Notes under the pieces: model-generated
Database searches by the model: none
The model's input: the letters and a program-made list of their open reading frames with translations, nothing else
Told to the model about the DNA's origin: nothing
IMG/VR virus record: IMGVR_UViG_3300008107_005855
Coordinates: 1 to 64,000 of that record
Strand: one strand, 5' to 3'
Origin: a virus
Length of the DNA stretch: 64,000 nucleotides
Translations under genes and position numbers: made by a program
In this document: positions 1-8,576 of the stretch, piece by piece
How the letters are laid out: every line of letters starts with the position of its first letter
Position numbering within the stretch: the stretch's first letter is position 1

Positions 1-93
1 AAACCAATTGATGTTAAATGTGACAATTGCACACACGAATTCAAAGTTGATTTAACTTTTGATTATGCTAGTTTTTTCGACAACGGCTCTTGA
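1..93 (+). CDS. 3' end of baseplate hub assembly / tail assembly chaperone (T4 gp26-like), partial
   Basis: Frame 1 reads KPIDVKCDNCTHEFKVDLTFDYASFFDNGS*, with a CxxC and a terminal xFF motif typical of T4-like gp26 C-termini; truncated by the window edge. Confidence 0.55.
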   Translation, partial: KPIDVKCDNCTHEFKVDLTFDYASFFDNGS

Positions 94-308
94 CACTAGA
101 CAACGAAGACATCATCGAATTAATCAAACAATACGATAAAGAGTCAAGAGCCATAAAAGAAGAAGCACTACGTAATTGTTGGTACATGCGTGGCGGAATC
201 ACATATGATATTGCCATGGAACTAGGTCCAGAAGAACGAAAGATAATTTCTGAAATTATCAAAGAGAATTTAGAAACTACTAAGAAGTCTGGGCTTAACT
301 TCTTTTAA
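90..308 (+). CDS. Small baseplate hub assembly chaperone (gp51-like); possibly expressed as a -1 frameshift fusion with the upstream gene
   Basis: 72-aa ORF with WYMRGGITYDIAMELGPEER; TTG start overlaps the upstream TGA; no SD; frame is open from position 72. Confidence 0.55.
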   Translation: MTLDNEDIIELIKQYDKESRAIKEEALRNCWYMRGGITYDIAMELGPEERKIISEIIKENLETTKKSGLNFF

Positions 309-318
309 CTTCTTTTAA

Positions 319-370
319 AGACTTGCTACGCAAGTCTGTTGTTTTCGCTATCGCTCAACAACATTTTTTT
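319..370 (+). terminator. Hairpin(s) plus T-tract between convergent units, probable intrinsic terminator
   Basis: AGACTTGC-TAC-GCAAGTCT (319-337) and TGTTG...CAACA arms followed by T7 (364-370), right after the stop at 308. Confidence 0.45.
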
Positions 371-384
371 AACTTTCTTTTTTA

Positions 385-725
385 AGTATCATCTAGATTA
401 ATTGGTCATAATTCACCCTCTACGGGTGAATTAACAATGCATCATCTGAGTAGCACAGTCATCTATTCTAAAGAGATTCGTCTTACGACAGCGGAGGCGG
501 TTGACCGGTACCCCCTACTCTAGCTTCACATGTCAACGGAACCCTAGTAATCCGGAATAGACCCAAATTCTATAAGCTGAGGTTGTATCTTTTTCACATT
601 GCCTCGACCTTTTCAGCCTGAAGTTAGCTTTTTTCTTGCAACGCACTAGATCTAACGGCACAGCCCTACCTGTACAGTCTCAAAGTGAGTCGAGGTACCC
701 CGACCAAACAAAGTTGCTATGTGAT
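385..725 (-). ncRNA. Putative large structured non-coding RNA, family unknown
   Basis: Region without a credible ORF, with multiple complementary stems (409-418/424-433; 480-482/487-489 closing a GTAA GNRA loop on the - strand; 500-505/532-537; 462-468/555-561; 602-608/689-695). Confidence 0.5.
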
Positions 726-729
726 GTAA

Positions 730-1515
730 TTAATTTAAGATTTGAAAGTGATTGCCGGAGAGTGCCAAAAGACAGTAGCGTTCGATTCGATTTAGAGAAG
801 TGTCGTGGTAGTTGTAGTCTTGGGTGCCAATGTAGTATCTGTATTTTGGTGATGAGATGTAGTTTGTGTTTTGATCAAGCCATGATGTGTAGTAGAGTTT
901 GCATTGATCTCGAATAGTAAATCCAAGATCTGATAGTTTATATTTTAAACTGATCCAATTTAATAATAAAGTATCCACAAGTAGATAATTTGGACTGCGA
1001 GCCTGTTCAATATTTTTTAAATGTTGCACAGCCACACAGTAAGTTTCGTAATCCAACGACTCTTGTTGATACTTATCATTGTGTCTGAGGTGAATATGTA
1101 AATCGTTAACTCCGTCGTTTTCCGATCTAAATGCTCGCTTTGCCATGTGAGATTGTATTATAAAGCTAAAATAAGTTTTGGTTGGTTTTATATCAATTAT
1201 ATCAAATTTTTCAAATTCTGGAATAAAGCCATGACATCTAAAAATGTAGTCTGTTTTTTCAGTGGATAGTTTTTTTAAAGTTTCGATTATACGATTTAAT
1301 GTTTCTCGGTCTTCATAATCGGACATTCGCCCGCTTAAATTGGCCAATTCTGGATACTGTGTAACTAATTCTGTGAACTCAGTTGTAGTACGCCCGGACT
1401 CTGTTAATTCTTTAAATTTTATATTAGATTGCAATTCTGGATTGCTGTCTAACAGTATTTTTAAAACAGTGTCCCCACCGCTACCACTGGGCCATCGCAA
1501 TAGTTGCACAGTCAT
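730..1515 (-). CDS. Hypothetical protein with N-terminal GxGG loop (possible P-loop/sulfotransferase-like fold)
   Basis: 261-aa ORF beginning LLRWPSGSGGDTV; ATGA overlap with the upstream resolvase stop. Confidence 0.6.
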   Translation of the reverse strand: MTVQLLRWPSGSGGDTVLKILLDSNPELQSNIKFKELTESGRTTTEFTELVTQYPELANLSGRMSDYEDRETLNRIIETLKKLSTEKTDYIFRCHGFIPEFEKFDIIDIKPTKTYFSFIIQSHMAKRAFRSENDGVNDLHIHLRHNDKYQQESLDYETYCVAVQHLKNIEQARSPNYLLVDTLLLNWISLKYKLSDLGFTIRDQCKLYYTSWLDQNTNYISSPKYRYYIGTQDYNYHDTSLNRIERYCLLALSGNHFQILN

Positions 1516-2018
1516 GCACAGCGCCCTTTAACAGCTTCTTTGTTGTGTAACCAAAAAAGATCATATTCTAAAATCCACCAGCGACCATGTTTTGTACTAT
1601 TATACACACTATATCCTTGATCGGCGCCTATTACGGGATCTTGAACCGCAACAAATTTTCCCTTGCGATTAAATTTCATTATCAAAATACTATAATCGCC
1701 GGAGTCTGCAACTTCTAACAGTTGCCCTAACCAAGCATCAAGAATTTTAACTTCTCCTGAGTACAGCTGATGGAATGGAAAATCTTTATAACTTTTACAT
1801 TCTGTATTGAATCGCGGAAAACTCTGACCGGGTATAATATCGCCTTTAAAACTGCGTATTTGACCTTCGTGTAAAAATTCTTTACGGGCAGAGTTAGTGC
1901 CGCCAATGTAGGCACCACTGTGCGGCACACGAATAAATCTTTCGCCGTATAGATTGGTTAAATGTTCGGCAACTTGGCGCTCCCAGGCGTTGCCCTTGGC
2001 TTTTTGTGGACTAGTCAT
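1512..2018 (-). CDS. Holliday junction resolvase, PD-(D/E)XK (Hjc-like)
   Basis: KAKGNAWERQVAEHL...RVPHSGA...GDII...ECKSYK motifs. Confidence 0.8.
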   Translation of the reverse strand: MTSPQKAKGNAWERQVAEHLTNLYGERFIRVPHSGAYIGGTNSARKEFLHEGQIRSFKGDIIPGQSFPRFNTECKSYKDFPFHQLYSGEVKILDAWLGQLLEVADSGDYSILIMKFNRKGKFVAVQDPVIGADQGYSVYNSTKHGRWWILEYDLFWLHNKEAVKGRCA

Positions 2019-2889
2019 ACTTGTAATTAGTTAATTCAATTTCCTGTTGCCACTGATTTGAAAAACTAGTTTGCCCATATCTAGTACCGCAGTTTGTTTT
2101 GCAAATTGGATCAGGGCTGGTAGTCCATGTTTCTTTTAACTGTGAAAACCAACTTACTACATTATTATTTGGCTGTGAAAGGCCATGCCAACAACAAGGA
2201 AACCAATCCCCTTGTGCATTTACATATACACTCTGTTCTTTAAGTACATGACAATCGATATCAACTGATTCTATCACAGGATCAATCCAATTACGTGGAG
2301 GCCGCAAAAATGCTACAGGAACTTCGTTGTGTCGTTTGCTGACCTTGGCTCGGAACCAACTAAAACCTAAATCTTTGGCTAACTTGGCACAGTCACTGAC
2401 TTGATGCTCGTTGTGTTCAAATATCAGCATGTCCCAATGTGCGCTACCACCAGAGTCAATAAAAGTTTTAGCATTATTGATTACATGATGCCAGGCAACA
2501 TTTTTTCGATATATGTGATTGGTGTCTTCTAATCCGTCAATGCTGAATACCACATAGTCTAATGGGTTTGAAAATAATCGACCCAATTCAGTCCAAAATT
2601 TTCTATTACGTAATCCACCATTGGTATTCATTCCTAACACAATGTTTGGATTGTGCTGTCTAAAGTATCTGTAAATTTCCACAGCATCTTCAGCTGCCGC
2701 AGGGTCGCCTAAATTGCCGCACATGAACATTTTGTCCAGCGATTGAATAAATTCAACAGAAAATATTTCTTTAGCTTTTGATGCTGACATAGAGACTATC
2801 TCGTAACCAGTTTGGTATGTACGAGGGCACTGCGGACATTCGGCCTGACAGATAGTAGTGGGTTCTAGGTGCAGTACTTTTGCAGTCAT
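2011..2889 (-). CDS. Radical SAM protein with C-terminal twitch/SPASM-like Cys domain
   Basis: CQAECPQC motif, CGNLGDP, NTNGG, FSIDG, C-terminal C...GDWFPCC...CKTNC; start moved to ATG 2889 (ATGA overlap with upstream stop). Confidence 0.85.
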   Translation of the reverse strand: MTAKVLHLEPTTICQAECPQCPRTYQTGYEIVSMSASKAKEIFSVEFIQSLDKMFMCGNLGDPAAAEDAVEIYRYFRQHNPNIVLGMNTNGGLRNRKFWTELGRLFSNPLDYVVFSIDGLEDTNHIYRKNVAWHHVINNAKTFIDSGGSAHWDMLIFEHNEHQVSDCAKLAKDLGFSWFRAKVSKRHNEVPVAFLRPPRNWIDPVIESVDIDCHVLKEQSVYVNAQGDWFPCCWHGLSQPNNNVVSWFSQLKETWTTSPDPICKTNCGTRYGQTSFSNQWQQEIELTNYKYD

Positions 2890-3920
2890 TGGTATTTCGG
2901 AATCCGTATATCTGTCACATGCATACAACGATTAAGTCTGCAGGTGACTGGCTTTGTGGGCCAAACTACAGTGTCTTTATAAAGATTGCCTAGATAATCT
3001 TGATTACATAATGCAATGTAAGTATCGCCATCGGGCCTTATATGCAAACCATTTATGCCAGCAAAGCAGGTCCAGTCTTTGAAATTTGTATAGCCGTTGT
3101 TAACTAATTCGGTGCAGTGATTTTTACTAACAGAACCGTCAGACCAGATACTGGTTACGTCTTTGTCTGTGGCTTTAAAATTGGTATTGTCTCTAACAAA
3201 CTTTAATTCTTCTTCGGTGTAGTATTGATTGATATAAAAATCATAATTGGCCAACAATAGATCTTTACTGCTGTACAATCCAACTTGGCTGGCTTTTTCG
3301 TTAGGTCTTACTACTGTAATTGTGTCTGTTTTAATTTGCGGATTGACAATTTTGTATATGGTGTTTACACCAGCATCAGCCAATCGTTGTCCGGTTTGTT
3401 TTACTAGATCTAACTCGCCAGCTTCAATCATTAAATTTGCTTTGACACGCTCTGGCCCGTATGCTTGATGCATTTCAATTATCTTTTCTACTTTTTCGTT
3501 AACTGTACTATGATTGTTTTCAAAATGAATACTAAAATTTAAATCATTTAAAAAGTTCATGGCACGATGATATACCTTGACTGGTGCGCTGGTATTGGTC
3601 ATAACGCTAACACTAGCTGTTGTAGGTAATGTAGACAGGTATTCAAAAAAATCAGGCAGATTTTTTACAATAAAAGGCTCTCCGCCGGTGAAATCGTAGT
3701 ATATTTGTTTGTTTATACTGTGTGCATAAGCATCAAGTTTATTGGCCTGCGTAATCAAATGTTCTACCGTGGGTATTTCGCTGGTAGTATCGTGATACTC
3801 ACTGCTACAATAACTGCAATCGTAATTGCATCTGATCAACAATCGCCAAAGTATCTCAATGTAACTTGATCTTGGGCGAATCATGTTAGCCATTGTGCCG
3901 CTAACCGCTTTTAGTTTCAT
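2886..3920 (-). CDS. Radical SAM protein with C-terminal twitch-like Cys domain
   Basis: CNYDCSYC, FTGGEP, C-terminal CFAG...DGD...C...LGN...C....C; ATGA-coupled to gp46. Confidence 0.85.
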   Translation of the reverse strand: MKLKAVSGTMANMIRPRSSYIEILWRLLIRCNYDCSYCSSEYHDTTSEIPTVEHLITQANKLDAYAHSINKQIYYDFTGGEPFIVKNLPDFFEYLSTLPTTASVSVMTNTSAPVKVYHRAMNFLNDLNFSIHFENNHSTVNEKVEKIIEMHQAYGPERVKANLMIEAGELDLVKQTGQRLADAGVNTIYKIVNPQIKTDTITVVRPNEKASQVGLYSSKDLLLANYDFYINQYYTEEELKFVRDNTNFKATDKDVTSIWSDGSVSKNHCTELVNNGYTNFKDWTCFAGINGLHIRPDGDTYIALCNQDYLGNLYKDTVVWPTKPVTCRLNRCMHVTDIRIPKYQ

Positions 3921-5686
3921 ATTATTTCAACGTCGGTGTTATAGCTGGTAAAGCCATTTTCTTTTACTACATGCAACGTGTTATTAACTCGTCCTGCCAA
4001 TTCATCTTTGTGACTGACTAACCAAATACTCTTGTTATGGTCACGACTCATCTTTTTCAGAATAGCAAGACTATTTTCTACACCACTTGCATCCATACCG
4101 GAGTCAATTAATTCGTCAATGAACAACAAATTGATTGGTTGGTATAGACTTTCCCACACATCTCTAAAACTCCAGCTCAATGAAAGTATAAGCCTATTAC
4201 GCTCACCTCTACTTAAATTATCAAAGTCAAGGTCTCTACCAAGTTCAGTGATTTCTACACTTAAATCATTTAAAAATTTAACTGTGTGTGGCAAGCCGAT
4301 GCGATCCAGATACTGCCCTAGTCGCAGATTTAAATAACTTAAATTTTGATCAATGATTCGTTTTCTTATAAAACTGTCTTTGTTGGTTAACAGTTTAAGT
4401 AGAAATTCTTGATGTTCTCTAACAGTAGTCAATTCATTTATTAAATCAAAGCTGACTTCGGACAAGGCTTGTTCGCTCATTTCTTTAATTTGTTCCCCAT
4501 AAGGATCATGCTCGTCGCTCTTTGCATTCAATTGACTCAAAATATTACCAAGACTGGCACGATGTTCAAATGCATCAGACTCGTTGTCGTAAAACGTTTT
4601 TGGGATTGGGCCCAACTCGCCCAACTCTTTTAGTTTGTCGGTGTGCTCAAACAATTGTGTATTAGTTGCTAGTGCTTGTAGTGCGGCTTCCTGTAATGCC
4701 TTGCGTTTTTCCTCTAGCAAATTTTCTTGTTTACTGTCGTGAAATGCTTGACCACAAGAATGACACGTATGATTTTCTAGACTGGCAATTTCTGTCCTAA
4801 GCTGGTCGATTAATTTTTGTTCTCGTCTTTCATCGAGCTCACAGCGTCGAACCCAACTGTTAAGATCGTTTATTTGTTTTTGTTTTTCGTTGTAGCTAGC
4901 CAGCAATTGATGAGCGGCCAATTCAGCTTCGATGTCAATTTGACTCAACTGATCATATGCTTTTTGCAAATCATCAATGTCTTGATTGTGTTTATTCAGC
5001 CAAAGAGTTTGTCTACGTTTTAAACTTTCAATTTGTTCTTGTATTCGTTTGTTTGCATCAGTGACTGCTTTAATTCTAAAATCTTCTTGTACTATTGCAT
5101 CTTTAGTTGACTTGATTGATTCTTTAAGTATTTCTGCTTTTTCGCTTAATAAAGTAATGCCAAGTAATTGTTCAATGATAGTGCGCTGATCATTGGCTTT
5201 TAAAGACAAGAAAGGCTCGGTGTAGGTATTCAAAGCCAATATATGCTTAAACATATCATGGCTCATGCCTAACATGCGTTCAATTTCTGATTGTGTTTCT
5301 CTGCTGTCGCCTTGTGCTTCGTCTGTGATTTCTTTTTCAACATCCCCAACAAAAAATTTCATAACGTTGGGCTTTCTTCCTCGCTCAATCTTGTAGTTTA
5401 TGCCATTTTTTTCAAAGTTAACAGTTACAAGCATTCCTTTACTGTTTGTTTTATTAATTAAATTGTCTTTTTTGATATTAGTTAATGCCTGCCCGTATAG
5501 TCCATAACTTAATGCATTAATAATGGTTGTTTTACCAGTTCCGTTCCTGGCGCCAGAATCGTCACCACCAAGGTCAAGATTTTCTCCTAGTACCAGTGTT
5601 AAATCTTTTCTATTAAAATTAATAGCTTGAGTAGCGTTTCCTACGCTCATAAAATTCTTTACAGTTAAGTCACTAATTTGAATCAT
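3917..5686 (-). CDS. gp46: Recombination endonuclease ATPase subunit (T4 gp46 / SbcC / Rad50-like)
   Basis: KNFMSVGN, Walker A NGTGKTT, coiled coil with CHSC zinc hook, signature LSRGE, Walker B LLFIDE, VSH. Confidence 0.93.
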   Translation of the reverse strand: MIQISDLTVKNFMSVGNATQAINFNRKDLTLVLGENLDLGGDDSGARNGTGKTTIINALSYGLYGQALTNIKKDNLINKTNSKGMLVTVNFEKNGINYKIERGRKPNVMKFFVGDVEKEITDEAQGDSRETQSEIERMLGMSHDMFKHILALNTYTEPFLSLKANDQRTIIEQLLGITLLSEKAEILKESIKSTKDAIVQEDFRIKAVTDANKRIQEQIESLKRRQTLWLNKHNQDIDDLQKAYDQLSQIDIEAELAAHQLLASYNEKQKQINDLNSWVRRCELDERREQKLIDQLRTEIASLENHTCHSCGQAFHDSKQENLLEEKRKALQEAALQALATNTQLFEHTDKLKELGELGPIPKTFYDNESDAFEHRASLGNILSQLNAKSDEHDPYGEQIKEMSEQALSEVSFDLINELTTVREHQEFLLKLLTNKDSFIRKRIIDQNLSYLNLRLGQYLDRIGLPHTVKFLNDLSVEITELGRDLDFDNLSRGERNRLILSLSWSFRDVWESLYQPINLLFIDELIDSGMDASGVENSLAILKKMSRDHNKSIWLVSHKDELAGRVNNTLHVVKENGFTSYNTDVEII

Positions 5687-6554
5687 AAAGGTTCCGCTTA
5701 ATTTTTATATAGTATACTACATCTTTTGTACTTTTAAAATAGTACTCTTGCTCAAATGGCATTTCCACTTCGAAGACATTTTCTAAAACACCGTTGATAT
5801 AGCTTTCTTGAAACAATGATAGATCGGGTATGTCTCTGAACTTTTTGTTTATAATATCATCTACGATAGCATCGCAAATTGTTTTGTCATGAAGATACGG
5901 AATCGAAGATAAAAATTGTTCATGTAAATGTTTCAGTGAAGCAGTATCCATTGGTAAATTAAAAAACAAACTTAACTCATCGATTGATTTTTTGAAAAAC
6001 TCCCAAGAATAAAAATTTTTTAGATCCCATGTAAAAACTTTTGCATTTGTTGGATAATGCATAGATTTTTGTTTAAGCCAATAGCCATTTATGTTTGGGT
6101 TTTTAAAACTAAACTTAAAAAATTCTCTAAGTATGTGTCTTGGTATACTGCTGTCGTTTCTATTTAAAAATGGATAGCTGGTATATATTTCTTCTAATAA
6201 CAAAGAATAAAATTTATTGTTTAATTTTTTAACAGTATCGACACTCAATTGATTGTTGTCAATACCAAAGTCTCCGGCTCTGAGTAAACTTAGACTGCTT
6301 ACCAGCAACAGATCATCTTGACTAAAATTTATTGATATTATTTTATCAAATTGAGAAAGTTCTTTTATGTATAACTCAAACCAATGTTCTGCATAAAATA
6401 ATTTCTTGCTATTATATTCATTGCTTTTTTGATGACTGGTACCTAAATTGCCAAATGGATTAAAATTAACCACAGAACTGCCAGAAGCATGATTTAAACA
6501 TACCTCTAAGAAATTTCCATGTGTGCCGGCAACAAAATCAATTGGTATTTTCAT
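5673..6554 (-). CDS. Hypothetical AT-rich protein (N-terminal GxHG loop)
   Basis: 293-aa ORF beginning IDFVAGTHGNFL; overlaps both neighbours. Confidence 0.6.
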   Translation of the reverse strand: MKIPIDFVAGTHGNFLEVCLNHASGSSVVNFNPFGNLGTSHQKSNEYNSKKLFYAEHWFELYIKELSQFDKIISINFSQDDLLLVSSLSLLRAGDFGIDNNQLSVDTVKKLNNKFYSLLLEEIYTSYPFLNRNDSSIPRHILREFFKFSFKNPNINGYWLKQKSMHYPTNAKVFTWDLKNFYSWEFFKKSIDELSLFFNLPMDTASLKHLHEQFLSSIPYLHDKTICDAIVDDIINKKFRDIPDLSLFQESYINGVLENVFEVEMPFEQEYYFKSTKDVVYYIKIKRNLYDSN

Positions 6555-7086
6555 ACTCTATATATAAAAGGTCATTTTTAACATCGTATGAAAATTTTTC
6601 AATACGGTATCGATCTAATTCGAGTTGGCTTAAATTTTTAATTCTATTATCAAATCTATTGTCATCGATAAAAGTTAAATTTAAACGTAAAATTATTTTA
6701 GTTGGTGTGTACTTGTTTGATGTTTGTGTTAATATCTTGTGTAGGTCATCGACTGATCGATATTTTAATAAAGGACTACGATCAAAAATCAATACAGATT
6801 TATTTAATTTGACTTCGGGCCATCCAATATCTTGCTCTTTTTGATCGTCTATTAATCTATCAAAGTAATCTATGGGCAATTTAAAATTTTTTACTGATGT
6901 CAGGGTTTCTAATTTATAAACTTTTTTGTTAAAATGCTCTTCATAATGCTTGCCCAAACAATCAACCATTATTGGAAGGTCGTGCATTGAAATGTCAATT
7001 AACGGTGTAATATTATGACGACTTTGTTTATAAACTAAATTATAAAAGTCTTGCCGATTCTCATCCGTTATTGTTGTTTGTTGCAT
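6538..7086 (-). CDS. Hypothetical AT-rich protein
   Basis: 182-aa ORF in operon orientation, overlapping neighbours. Confidence 0.55.
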   Translation of the reverse strand: MQQTTITDENRQDFYNLVYKQSRHNITPLIDISMHDLPIMVDCLGKHYEEHFNKKVYKLETLTSVKNFKLPIDYFDRLIDDQKEQDIGWPEVKLNKSVLIFDRSPLLKYRSVDDLHKILTQTSNKYTPTKIILRLNLTFIDDNRFDNRIKNLSQLELDRYRIEKFSYDVKNDLLYIEYENTN

Positions 7087-7522
7087 ATATCCAAGTCAAT
7101 GGTTGTATAAAGTTAAACTTTTTTCCTTTATCATTATCGTCTGCTCCTTTGGATTTGACATCAAATCCTTTAGCAGACAATTGAGTCTCTGCTATATTAA
7201 TTAAGTTACTACCAACTTCTGAATTGCAACGATATGTGACTTTTATGTCATTGCCTAATAGATAATACCTATTAATTCCTAGGTAACAACTTTTAATATT
7301 TGGCAAGCAATATTTTTCAATCTTATTTAAAAGATCACTGATCCAGAAAGGTGAGTTTAAAATCAAAATTAAATTGTTTTGATCTCCGCTTTGATTTAAA
7401 TGAGATGCAAAATTGGAGTCATGTCCTATATACGAGACAGATTTACTTTTGAATAGATCTAAAATTATCTTGTCTTGAGCGCATAAATTATTACCTAGTT
7501 GAACTAATCTTGGTAATTTCAT
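7061..7522 (-). CDS. Hypothetical AT-rich protein
   Basis: 153-aa ORF, ATGA overlap with the gp47 stop. Confidence 0.55.
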   Translation of the reverse strand: MKLPRLVQLGNNLCAQDKIILDLFKSKSVSYIGHDSNFASHLNQSGDQNNLILILNSPFWISDLLNKIEKYCLPNIKSCYLGINRYYLLGNDIKVTYRCNSEVGSNLINIAETQLSAKGFDVKSKGADDNDKGKKFNFIQPLTWIYATNNNNG

Positions 7523-8538
7523 AAAGTCTGATAAATTTGTAATAGTAAGTTAGGATCAAAAGATTCTGAATTAATATTCACAATTTGATCAGTGACAATT
7601 TGATCTACTGATTCAAATTTTATATCTCCGATATTAATATTTTCTTCTCCAAATTCAGATTTTTTACTAGGGACCAATACAATTTCTCTAAGGCCAAAAT
7701 TTGACACAAAGTTTTCTTTAATAAAAGTGGCTTCCTCGTAACTGATGTCTACATCCAAATTGACCCTAACATGCATGCCAGGTTGTAGCATGGCTTCTGT
7801 GTGTGTTAGCACATCTTTTAGCCCGTACACACGATATTTAGGTTGATCGGGCCATGCATGGAATGTGGGTTCTTTGCCCCACTCTAGTATCATCATACCG
7901 CGATCGTCGTCGCCAGCATCGGCATAGTTATGAGGAAAACAGTTGCCAATGTATGTGATATTTTTTTGTGTTTGTCGTTTGTGAAAGTGCCCGGTGTACA
8001 CATGTTCAAAGTTATAAAAGTGTTCTCTACGCAAGTCACCGTGTTCGGGCATGGCTACCATAGCATTCATTAAGTATCCGGGCAACTCAAAATGCCCAAA
8101 CATATAACGACCTTTTAATTTAGGTATGCGTTTATGGTCTTCGGCAACAAGCCAAGGAGCAATAACAACATCGCCGTCGCTGAACCAATCATTACAAATT
8201 TGTACGTTTGGTAAATGTTTGGCCCACTCAACTGATTGTATATCGCGCTTGTCACGATAATACAAGTCATGATTACCGGGTATAAAGTACACCTTGTCAA
8301 AATTTGCATTCAGATGTTCGAGTGCTTGCAGGCTATAATTTAGCGTAATAATATTTATTGACGCTCGATTATTGTGCCAGTCGCCTAGGAAGAAAGCAGT
8401 TTCACACCCGTTTTCTTTGGCAGTAGCAGTGGCCCATTTAATAAAATTTAAACAGTCCTCGTTATGGACTTGGCTGTTAGATTTAAGACCAAAATGTATG
8501 TCAGTGAAGACTGCGGCTTTTTTAAAAAGATTACTCAT
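7519..8538 (-). CDS. gp47: Recombination endonuclease nuclease subunit (T4 gp47 / SbcD / Mre11-like metallophosphoesterase)
   Basis: DIHFG, LGDWH, GNHD, GHFE, GHFH motifs. Confidence 0.93.
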   Translation of the reverse strand: MSNLFKKAAVFTDIHFGLKSNSQVHNEDCLNFIKWATATAKENGCETAFFLGDWHNNRASINIITLNYSLQALEHLNANFDKVYFIPGNHDLYYRDKRDIQSVEWAKHLPNVQICNDWFSDGDVVIAPWLVAEDHKRIPKLKGRYMFGHFELPGYLMNAMVAMPEHGDLRREHFYNFEHVYTGHFHKRQTQKNITYIGNCFPHNYADAGDDDRGMMILEWGKEPTFHAWPDQPKYRVYGLKDVLTHTEAMLQPGMHVRVNLDVDISYEEATFIKENFVSNFGLREIVLVPSKKSEFGEENINIGDIKFESVDQIVTDQIVNINSESFDPNLLLQIYQTL

Positions 8539-8547
8539 AGAGCTCTT

Positions 8548-8576
8548 ATTATAGACACTTACTTACAAAATTGCAA
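8548..8576 (-). promoter_or_regulatory. Sigma70-type promoter for gp47
   Basis: TTGCAA-17nt-TATAAT on the - strand, -10 box ending 9 nt before the ATG at 8538. Confidence 0.65.

Noticed and set aside
385-725. Structured region as RNase P RNA, tmRNA or a group I/II intron
   Set aside because: I could not find the RNase P conserved regions, tRNA-like tmRNA ends, or intron core/domain V motifs, and no gene is interrupted
636-917. 93-aa + strand ORF overlapping the structured region
   Set aside because: Antisense to 730-1515 for most of its length, TTG start and no recognisable motifs; probably spurious
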